Source: Octopus bimaculoides (Eukaryota). Taken from it: a stretch of 33,502 bases of DNA. Location: the NCBI RefSeq assembly GCF_001194135.2, contig NC_068990.1:44198501-44232002 (forward strand), given 5' to 3'. The notes beneath the pieces were generated by a model, which worked only from the letters and a program-made list of their open reading frames with translations, made no database searches and had not been told where the DNA came from. The translations under genes and the position numbers were made by a program. Shown piece after piece: positions 24,294 to 33,502 of the stretch. Within the stretch, counting starts at the first letter, position 1. Every line of letters starts with the position of its first letter.

Positions 24294-25376
24294 NNNNNNN
24301 NNNNNNNNNNNNNNNNNNNNNNNNNNNNNNNNNNNNNNNNNNNNNNNNNNNNNNNNNNNNNNNNNNNNNNNNNNNNNNNNNNNNNNNNNNNNNNNNNNNN
24401 NNNNNNNNNNNNNNNNNNNNNNNNNNNNNNNNNNNNNNNNNNNNNNNNNNNNNNNNNNNNNNNNNNNNNNNNNNNNNNNNNNNNNNNNNNNNNNNNNNNN
24501 NNNNNNNNNNNNNNNNNNNNNNNNNNNNNNNNNNNNNNNNNNNNNNNNNNNNNNNNNNNNNNNNNNNNNNNNNNNNNNNNNNNNNNNNNNNNNNNNNNNN
24601 NNNNNNNNNNNNNNNNNNNNNNNNNNNNNNNNNNNNNNNNNNNNNNNNNNNNNNNNNNNNNNNNNNNNNNNNNNNNNNNNNNNNNNNNNNNNNNNNNNNN
24701 NNNNNNNNNNNNNNNNNNNNNNNNNNNNNNNNNNNNNNNNNNNNNNNNNNNNNNNNNNNNNNNNNNNNNNNNNNNNNNNNNNNNNNNNNNNNNNNNNNNN
24801 NNNNNNNNNNNNNNNNNNNNNNNNNNNNNNNNNNNNNNNNNNNNNNNNNNNNNNNNNNNNNNNNNNNNNNNNNNNNNNNNNNNNNNNNNNNNNNNNNNNN
24901 NNNNNNNNNNNNNNNNNNNNNNNNNNNNNNNNNNNNNNNNNNNNNNNNNNNNNNNNNNNNNNNNNNNNNNNNNNNNNNNNNNNNNNNNNNNNNNNNNNNN
25001 NNNNNNNNNNNNNNCTTCCACCGCCTCCTCCTTCTCCTCCTTCTCCTCTTTCACCTCCTTCTCCACCTTCTCGTCCTGTTCTGGTCTTTCCCCTGGGCGC
25101 ACCCAATTTAATCCCACCCATTATAGGCATGTCTTCCACTATCCCCCCTCCTCTTCCTTTAGTAATTCTACACCAAAACTCTACACCATGAAATAATGTC
25201 ACAAAAATGCTGGAACCCCACCCAGAGAGTTGCACACGCAATCGAGTTGGGTGCACAACCAGAGTGTGCAACTGGAATTGTACAACCACAGTACAGTGCT
25301 GAAATGCACACACACACACGCACACACACTCAAACACACACACACACACACACTCTCACACAGATACACACACACA

Positions 25377-25418
<42 letters not shown>

Positions 25419-25546
25419 GTCTTTCACACTCACTTTCTCACTCTCTCTTTCGCAGTACACACACACACACACACATACATACGTATATGTAGAACGTTGG
25501 AATAAGTGCTCAACACCGCATTGGTGGATAAATTCACAAATAAAAA

Positions 25547-25593
<47 letters not shown>

Positions 25594-25921
25594 TATGTAT
25601 ATATGTATATATATATATACATATATACACAATATGTATATATATGTATATATCCTCCAAGTACTCACGTAGCTATTTATATGTTTGTGAGTGTATATAT
25701 GTGTGTGTGCGCGCGTCAGTGTATACAAAATATTCAGCTGTGTGCATGTATGTGTAGATAGCGAGCAAGAGGAATTGACATGTGTTCATGAATGTGTGCG
25801 TATACAGAGAAAGACAGAGAGAGAGAGAGAGAGACAGAAAGCGGTTGATAATCACACACGCACACACAGTACAAACACAAACATATATTCATGCATACAC
25901 ACACTTCCATATACGCAACAT

Positions 25922-26226
25922 ATTCTTTTATTTGTTTCAGGCATTTAGCTGCGGCCATGCTGGAACAGCGCCTTTAGTTGAACAAATCAATCCCAGGACT
26001 TATTCTTTGTGACCCTAATACTTATTCTATCGGTTCTTTTGCTGAACCGCTATGTTACGGGAACGTAAACACACCAACATCGGTTGTCAGGCGATGGTGG
26101 TGGAACAAACACAGACACGCAAACATATACAGTTCTAGTTTCTGTCTACCAAATCCACTCACAAGTCTTTGGTCGGCCTGCGGTTATAGTAGAAAGCACT
26201 TGCCCAAGGTGCAACGCATTGGAACT
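25922..26226 (-). mobile_element. SINE family A, 5'-truncated, internal microsatellite largely absent
   Basis: Colinear with 26976-27434 from the tail to cttgcccaaggtgc. Confidence 0.92.
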
Positions 26227-26245
26227 ATATATATACATATATATA

Positions 26246-26286
<41 letters not shown>

Positions 26287-26505
26287 CATATATATGTATA
26301 TATTATATTTTATCATATATATATATATATTATATTGTTATATATATATAATACACACATGCATACATACATACACCCACACATACATACATACATACAT
26401 ACAAGCATACACACACATACATACATACATACATACATACATACATACTCACCACCCAAACAAGAAAGGAAAGAGTTTATCATGTATTTAAAAACAAATT
26501 ACAAC

Positions 26506-26717
26506 TGTTTCTGTACAAACTTAGTTTTTAATGCCAATTAACGCAAAAGTTCCATTTGGCAAAATACAACCCTTGGCAGAATCACAATGTAAGAACGCAT
26601 CTTTTGATTCCAGTATGATGAAGTGCCACTCTAATGTTTAAAATGGTAAATATTGCGTAACTTTTCACAAAGAACTTTTGCGGCAATTGGCATTAAAACA
26701 AAGATGGTACGGAAACA
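26506..26717. repeat. Inverted repeat element (about 46-bp arms)
   Basis: 26506-26552 tgtttctgtac...ttttaatgccaattaacgcaaaagttc pairs with 26672-26717 gaacttttgcggcaattggcattaaaac...gtacggaaaca. Confidence 0.8.
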
Positions 26718-26975
26718 ATAGCAACTGGTCATTAAAGACGTGATATCCGTTTCTTCTTTATTTAGATTATATTTTACTCTTCGTTAAATCCACACATAAG
26801 CTTTACTGATGTACATCCGTAATTTGGACACCTGAAGTTTTTTGATCTAACTTAAGACAACAATTCAAGAGTGTAGACAGCCTCAAGATTGGGTTCAGTG
26901 TGCATTTGAATTACTCAAACTTTCTACGCTACTAGAGCCCTAATATTTGTTGTCCCCCACCCCACATATATATAC

Positions 26976-27196
26976 TCTTTACTCTTTTACTCTTTTACTT
27001 GATTCAGTCATTTGACTGCCGCCATGCTGGAGCACCGCCTTTGGTCGAGCAAATCGACCCTAGGACTTATTCTTTGTAAGCCTACTACTTATTCCATCGT
27101 TCTCTTTTGTCGAACCGTTAAGTTACGGAGACATAAACACACCACCATCGGTTGTCAAGCGATGTTGGGAGGACAAACATAGATACACAAACATAT

Positions 27197-27271
<75 letters not shown>

Positions 27272-27434
27272 TACGACAGGCTTCTTTCAGTTTCCGTCTA
27301 CCAAATCCACTCACAAGGCTTTGGTCGGCCTGAGGCTATAGCAGAAGACGCTTGCCCAAGGTGCCACGCAGTGGGACTGAACCCGGAACTGTGTGGTTGG
27401 AAAGCAAGCTACTTACCACACAGCCACTCCTGCA
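26976..27434 (-). mobile_element. SINE family A, full length, best preserved copy
   Basis: Head ggagtggctgtgtggtaag...gggttcagtccc, ccttgggcaag motif, internal (TA)n, tail ending in (AAAAGAGT)3. Confidence 0.95.
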
Positions 27435-28270
27435 TATATGTATGTCTGTATATATATATTTCAGTGTGAGCTAGAGGTTGAGAAACCAACTAAGGGATAG
27501 TACCTATCCAATATACTGCTAGTAGTGTAACCAGTTATTTATACCAAGTGCTAGTTATTGCGTGACAATCTCGCAATTGAGTATTATACATGGGCAGGGG
27601 TAAAAAGTGGTTTACCCTTGATTTATATGGCAAATAAGAAAGTGGAGAGGATATGAAATCGACAGACATCAGCCGGTAAACATTCCAGTACGTCTATGTA
27701 TTCCAGTGTATTGGAATGATACACACACACATATATTAGTGGTACAAATTATCAAATGGAAAGAATTAGTAATTGGTAATTGCAAAATCAAGGGTGTGGA
27801 AGCATATAAGCATATAAGAACGAGTGGTCAATTGAGCAGATGAGCAAATGAGCAAATGAGAAGATTTGAACAGATTGTCTATAACACCGAATGGGTGTGT
27901 AGATACCAGTTCCTTACGGCCGTTTTTGCCAAGAGGCAACGAAATCTTCCAGGTAATCTCTATCTCTTCAATGTTATGTAAGGATGAACAGATAAGGCTT
28001 GAATAATGAATGTTACTCTATGATTTTTCAGAGGGTCTAAGTAGTTGGAGAGGGGGCTAGCACACATATATAAAAGTCAGTTAACAATAGCTACAGTGTG
28101 TTTGTCATTTTTTTAAATAGAGTAGAAAAAGAATAAGAGTAAGAATTCGAACAAGCACGAGGATATTTGGCTTGACAACACGTAAACAAGACTATTAAAG
28201 TGTTATTAGCAAATCCTTATCAAATATATAGCGGGTCAAATTATTGTGATGCCGACGAAAATATCAATAT

Positions 28271-28346
28271 AGACAACAACAACAACAAAGATCAGCAACT
28301 GCAACAATTACTACAACAACATCTACTACTACTACTACTACTACTA

Positions 28347-28415
<69 letters not shown>

Positions 28416-28428
28416 GTTCTACTACTAC
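28271..28428. repeat. (CAA)n to (CTA)n trinucleotide microsatellite
   Basis: Direct inspection. Confidence 0.95.
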
Positions 28429-28864
28429 AGCTGTAACAACAATTTGTTACTTTGACACTTGGCCTCAAATTAATACGTAAGACGATATATTTGTTNNNNN
28501 NNNNNNNNNNNNNNNNNNNNNNNNNNNNNNNNNNNNNNNNNNNNNNNNNNNNNNNNNNNNNNNNNNNNNNNNNNNNNNNNNNNNNNNNNNNNNNNNNNNN
28601 NNNNNNNNNNNNNNNNNNNNNNNNNNNNNNNNNNNNNNNNNNNNNNNNNNNNNNNNNNNNNNNNNNNNNNNNNNNNNNNNNNNNNNNNNNNNNNNNNNNN
28701 NNNNNNNNNNNNNNNNNNNNNNNNNNNNNNNNNNNNNNNNNNNNNNNNNNNNNNNNNNNNNNNNNNNNNNNNNNNNNNNNNNNNNNNNNNNNNNNNNNNN
28801 NNNNNNNNNNNNNNNNNNNNNNNNNNNNNNNNNNNNNNNNNNNNNNNNNNNNNNNNNNNNNNNN

Positions 28865-28929
<65 letters not shown>

Positions 28930-29635
28930 ACCAACGGTCGACCAACCCCTCTGAATGAAATTTGGGATCTACTATGTTCTTGAGATGTAGCCTTAATCCT
29001 ACCACCGTTCAAAACTACCCCTTGCACCCTGGGTACCAATAGCAGCGTCCTCGCTGCTGTAATCATTGAAACCGGGGTATGAACGATTTTGGCGCAGCCG
29101 TTTTGACGCCACTTATTGAGTGCCACTGATTCGACGCTGACACTTGATACCAGACGTCTTAATGTTTCTCCCGTTTCGATGTTTCTCTCGTTCTCCGTCT
29201 CTGTCTGTTTGTGTGTTTACCACCCTCTCTTTTCTTTCTCTCTCTCTCTCACTCTCTCTTTCCCTCTCCGTAGGCGTATTTGTCTTCTTGTGTATGAAGA
29301 GAGGGGAAGTATCTATGTCAATCGAGGTCAATTAATAAATCGGAATGTTCCTCTCTACTCCTGTCTCTCACTTTCTCTATCTGTCTGTGTATATTTCTGT
29401 GCGTGTGCGTGCGTGAGTGTAAGTTTGCATCCAGTGTTAAAAAGTACCGTAGTCACAACATGTTCAATCTTCATTCAGTTGAGCCAAATCTCCAGCCTCC
29501 AGAGCGCCGCGCCAAATTCTCCCATTCCATTCATGCCAACTGTCCGGTCGGAACCTAACTTTTTCTTTATTCCTATTAGTATCACTCGACCTTGAATTTT
29601 TAAGCTTATACGAGCTGTCCTAACACTCTAATATA

Positions 29636-30032
29636 TATACTGCGTTGAGTTAAAAGCTTTTCAATATTTTGGTAACTTATTTGCTTAATTGTCAAGTTAC
29701 AATAAAAGTAGTCTAACATTTAAAGTAGAGACCATCGTATTGCACCTCTCTGCCAATTCTTTGATCCCACGCTGATACCAGTTCTTGTCCTTGGTTAGTG
29801 AGCGCAGAAAATTGAGCCAGGGATCTGAACAATTTGCGTCTGGTGGAATTGGAAGGGGATAATTCACAGCGACTTTGTTCTGGACGGTCGAACTATTGGT
29901 GTCAACCTGTACCCCGAACAGCTGGCGCGGATGTGTACCATTGTATGACAGAAATACCCGGCATTGTTTAATAAAAAGTTAATATTTCTGCAGCAAGACA
30001 ATGCAAAACCTCATACCGCTCGAACGACCTGG
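29636..30032. mobile_element. Mariner transposon remnant with two oppositely oriented parts
   Basis: Minus 29636-about 29830: KDKNWYQRGIKELAER...VQYDGLYFKC* followed by the TIR-like end (plus: TA CTGCGTTGAGTTAAAAG). Plus about 29830-30032: CVWWNWKGIIHSDFVLDGRTIGVNLYPEQL...QKYPALFNKKLIFLQQDNAKPHTARTT. Confidence 0.92.
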
Positions 30033-30214
30033 AATATATCAGTATGAAGTAAACTGCAATATTCAAGGTGGAGGGGTCTGTATTATTGATAATTATAAGT
30101 CCACAGAAAGGTTCATAGAAGAATTCGATATGACAAATTGCCATGAGTAGCAAACGATTCTATAGTTTCAGATTTTTGTGCTTCGTTTCAGTGAAACGAG
30201 AAAAGGTTGTCTAT

Positions 30215-30410
30215 ATATAATGCTTGCTTGAATACTAGAAATAGCGAGAAATCCTTCTACAGAACGCACTCTCTTGTCTTGAGAAATCGAAGGTTACTTT
30301 GGATATTATATTACTAGATACATCTGTAAAGTAGGATGATTTGGGGCTTGAAAATCTCTCATGGTAGGCTTGTTAGAAAAGGACTGATCTTGGATTAAAC
30401 AACAGGCATT
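30215..30410 (+). mobile_element. Old family D copy
   Basis: actagaaatagcgagaaatcc...ttggatattata...gattaaacaac. Confidence 0.5.
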
Positions 30411-30886
30411 TTTTAAACTTTAGCACACATGGCGAAAGAATGTGTTGGGATATAATCGATTGAATGTATCTTCGAGAATGATTGATTATTTGACAGAGCC
30501 TTTAAATAATGAACGGTAGTATGCATGAAACTTCACGCAGTATCTAAATTCAGAACTGCAATGCAACATAACTAAAAACTGCAGGCTATTTCATCCAGCG
30601 TTCTACCATCAACTACTTTAACCCTAACACTAATTTTACAACAAAAACACAATAGGAATCGTCGTTGACCAGCTGTTAAACATTATCATCATAAACAAAC
30701 AACTATCAACAAAAATTAACTATATGATTTAAACAAATAGCAACAACCAGAGAAAACAAACATTACTAACTGTAACAATGACAACGACATCAACAGTAGT
30801 AACTAAAATAGTTATAAGAGCAGCACTAATGACAACCACCACAACAACAATAACAACATGAAAAGCAGCAGTAAAAGAAAGAAGTA

Positions 30887-31004
30887 AAAGAAGAAGAAGA
30901 AGAAGAANNNNNNNNNNGAAGAAGAAGAAGAAGAAGAAGAAGAAGAAGAAGAAGAAGAAGAAGAAGAAGAAGAAGAAGAAGAAGGTGGTGGTGGTGGTGG
31001 TGGT
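30887..31004. repeat. (GAA)n followed by (GGT)n, with a 10-N gap
   Basis: Direct inspection. Confidence 0.95.
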
Positions 31005-31518
31005 GAAACGGAGTAGGAGGTGCTGTTGGTGGAGAGGGAATTAATGAAAAATAAAATAGAGGAGAAACAACAAGGAATAACAAGACGAACTAACAAGAAG
31101 AAAACGGTTGTCGAAATAGCTTGCATCAACAGCAAAGAGCGTTGTAAATATGTCTGACCTACAGACATTCAATATGGTGTCAGCTTACCACAGCAGACGA
31201 CAATAGAAATATCTTAAAAGGTGCGGTATATGATTCCAGAGTTCATGGGAAGAGGGTTAAATTTCATTATAGCTTCGTAACTGTTGCGTATAATATTTCT
31301 TTGGTGTTAGTATTGTTTATTTATATATTTATGTTGTATTTTCGGGTTTTTTTTTTAATTTGATGTTGATATTATTACTAGGGTTGTTATTGTTATTTCA
31401 CACAATTATATTTTATTAGTCTATGTACACATGTATACATGTACACATGTATATATGTATGTACATATGTATTGTTACTGCTATTAAGATTATTATTATT
31501 ATTATTATTATTATTATT

Positions 31519-31892
31519 GAGGTGAGCTGGTCAAATCGTTAGCACACCAAGCAAAATGCTTAGCGGCATTCCGTCCATCTTTACGTTCTGAGTTGAAATT
31601 CCGCCTTTCATCCTTTCGGGTCGATAAAAATAACTACCAGTTACGTACTGAGGTCGGTGTAATCGATTTAGCCCCGCCCCCAAATTGCTGAAATCGCTAT
31701 TACCAAGGTGATGAGCTGGCGGAATCGTTACCCGCTGGACAAAAAGCTTAGCGGCATTTCGTCCGTGCTAACGTTCTGAGTTCAAATTCCGCCGAGGTTG
31801 AATTTGCCTTTCATCCCTCTCGGGGTCGATAAAAAAAGTGCCAGTTGAACACTTCGGTCGATGTAATCGACTTCACCCTTCTTACGAAATTT
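31519..31892 (+). mobile_element. Two tandem SINE family B copies (31519-31690, 31705-31892)
   Basis: Both show gagctgg..aatcgtta, gagtt(c/g)aaattccgcc, cctttcatcc...gggtcgataaaaa and ggtcg.tgtaatcga; the first follows an (ATT)n array. Confidence 0.9.
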
Positions 31893-32030
31893 TAGGGATT
31901 GCCACATCTTAGACATCTACTCTCAAGGTCCTTATATTTTGACAGTTTTTCAAATTCCTTTACTGAGACGTTTCTATCAGTAGGCACTGTCATATCAATT
32001 AACAGGCAAGATTTTGTCTTACATCTTGGG

Positions 32031-32032
<2 letters not shown>
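31893..32032 (-). mobile_element. Dong/R4-clade LINE fragment, subfamily 1
   Basis: Minus frame KTKSCLLIDMTVPTDRNVSVKEFEKLSKYKDLE (RLE domain); clearly diverged from the copy at 32075. Confidence 0.85.
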
Positions 32033-32074
<42 letters not shown>

Positions 32075-32501
32075 GTTCAGTAGTTTTATATTTATAACGT
32101 GCTTTCACTTCACTACCGAGCGCAGCTCTGTGCGCCTTGGGTATGTGCTGTGGTTTGCTGTGGTGCTCTTATGTTTACTGTATTGAAAGTGTTTTGCGTA
32201 GAATGTGTGCAGTACCCAGTAGTGTAATTTTCTGTATGTTATATATATTTGTAAGTCCTGGTGTTTTTGTTATGTATTTGTCTGAATATTTTTTTATTAT
32301 ACCTAAGGCACCTACTATGATAGGAATTGTTTCTCTTTTTAGATTCCACATTCGAGTTATCTCTATTTCCAGGTCTTTGTATTTTGAAAGTTTTTCCATT
32401 TCTTTTAGAGAAACGTTGTCATCTGCTGGTATTGATACATCAATTAGAAAGCATTTTTTTTCTTCATGATCTTTGACTACTATATCTGGTCTATTGGCCT
32501 T
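32075..32501 (-). mobile_element. Dong/R4-clade LINE, 5'-truncated, subfamily 2 (RLE C-terminus + 3' UTR)
   Basis: Uninterrupted frame KANRPDIVVKDHEEKKCFLIDVSIPADDNVSLKEMEKLSKYKDLEIEITRMWNLKRETIPIIVGALG...IQKITLLGTAHILRKTLSIQ* (PD..D restriction-like endonuclease); (TAA)n on both sides. Confidence 0.92.
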
Positions 32502-32532
32502 TATTATTATTATTATTATTATTATTGTTATT

Positions 32533-33040
32533 GTGTGAGAGAGCAGTGCATGCTATCAAAGTGAAACTGGGGTAAAATATACGAAACACAGTATACCCAT
32601 CATGACCATCCGTCTGATAAGGGTACACCAGATACATGCATCACAACCATATGTGCGCGACATTATGACCTCATATCAAGATAAACAGCGCATGACCATG
32701 CAGGTGGGGCCCAAAAGGTCCCTGGAAAAGGTTTGTTTCAGGATGTTGAACGAAATACTTATGTTTCCAGACGAGAATTATTCAAACCTCAAAGAATTCT
32801 TCTCAACACATGGGTAAGATACTCCGCCACTATTTCTACTGGTGATCAGAGATGCACATATCGTCAGCAATGAAGGGACATGCTGAACTGGTTACGGTCA
32901 AACAACTGGCAAGCAAATCTGTGGTATTGAGCAGAATATTTGCAGTAACCCATCCTTTACACCAAGATAAAATATGTACATATAACACTTCCAATCAGTT
33001 GAGATCAGAAGCCATGAGAGACACTGCCTGGTATAGCATA
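32533..33040 (-). mobile_element. About 500-bp non-coding element ending in (TAA)n; possible non-autonomous retroelement
   Basis: Sharp boundaries between an (ATT)n array and a SINE start, higher GC than flanks, no recognisable protein. Strand is inferred only from the (AAT)n end. Confidence 0.5.
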
Positions 33041-33248
33041 GGCGGCGAACTAGCAGAACAGTTAGCATACCGGGCATAATGCTTAGCGGCATTTCGTCCA
33101 TCTTTACGCTCTGAGTTCACATCCCACAGAGGTTTACTTTGCCTTTCGTTGTGTCGAGTTCGATAAAAAAAAAGTACGAGTTGTGCACTGGGGTCGATTT
33201 AATCGATTACCCCTCCCCCAAATTTCAGGCCTTGTGCTTATTGTGGAA
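33041..33248 (+). mobile_element. SINE family B, full length, (ATT)n tail
   Basis: ggcggcgaactagcagaacagttagc...gagttcacatccc...ggggtcgatttaatcga...aaatttcaggccttgtgc. Confidence 0.9.
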
Positions 33249-33269
33249 ATTATTATTATTATTATTACT

Positions 33270-33502
33270 GTTCAGTAGTTTTATTTTTATAACGTGCTTT
33301 CACTTCACTACCGAGCGCTGCTCTGTGCGCCTTGGGTATGTGCTGTGGTTTGCTGTGGTGCTCTTATGGTTACTGTATTGAAAGTGTTTTGCGTAGGATG
33401 TGTGCTGTGCCCAGTAGTGCAATTTTCTGTATGTTATATATATTTGTAAGTCCTGGTGTTTTTGTTATGTATTTGTCTGAATATTTTTTTTATTATACCT
33501 AA
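33270..33502 (-). mobile_element. Dong/R4-clade LINE 3' end, runs out of the window
   Basis: Near-identical to 32075-32307; the 3' end abuts (TAA)n. Confidence 0.92.

Noticed and set aside
25015-25191. Proline-rich frame after the gap
   Set aside because: Derived from (CCT)n low complexity; no splice or homology support.
32790-33040. Possible HDV-like or hammerhead ribozyme in the non-coding element
   Set aside because: A CUGACGA and a small hairpin are present, but no complete fold could be built by hand.

Overview
AT-rich, microsatellite-saturated eukaryotic DNA with 12 N-gaps (about 4 kb), most flanked by simple repeats, as expected for a short-read assembly. The SINE set looks like that of Octopus or a related cephalopod (inference from remembered repeat families, not a database hit). 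No host protein-coding gene could be identified; only scattered, mutually inconsistent candidate exons are visible, and almost all ORFs in the track are microsatellite or gap artefacts. The window is mostly transposon debris: about 10 copies of one tRNA-derived SINE, about 6 copies of a second, one SINE with a different tRNA head on the first family's body, an older (CAA)n-tailed repeat family, an RTE-type LINE 3' end, two mariner remnants (one internally deleted, one with an inversion junction) and three Dong/R4-type LINE fragments next to (TAA)n arrays. Most interesting: (1) a nearly complete minimal hammerhead ribozyme of the Penelope-associated type at 1154-1198 (-) and a core-variant relative at 4951-4987 (-), both in short elements abutting (TA)n; (2) a nest of retroelements built in (TAA)n arrays at 31.5-33.5 kb, including a non-coding possible companion element; (3) two long inverted-repeat elements.
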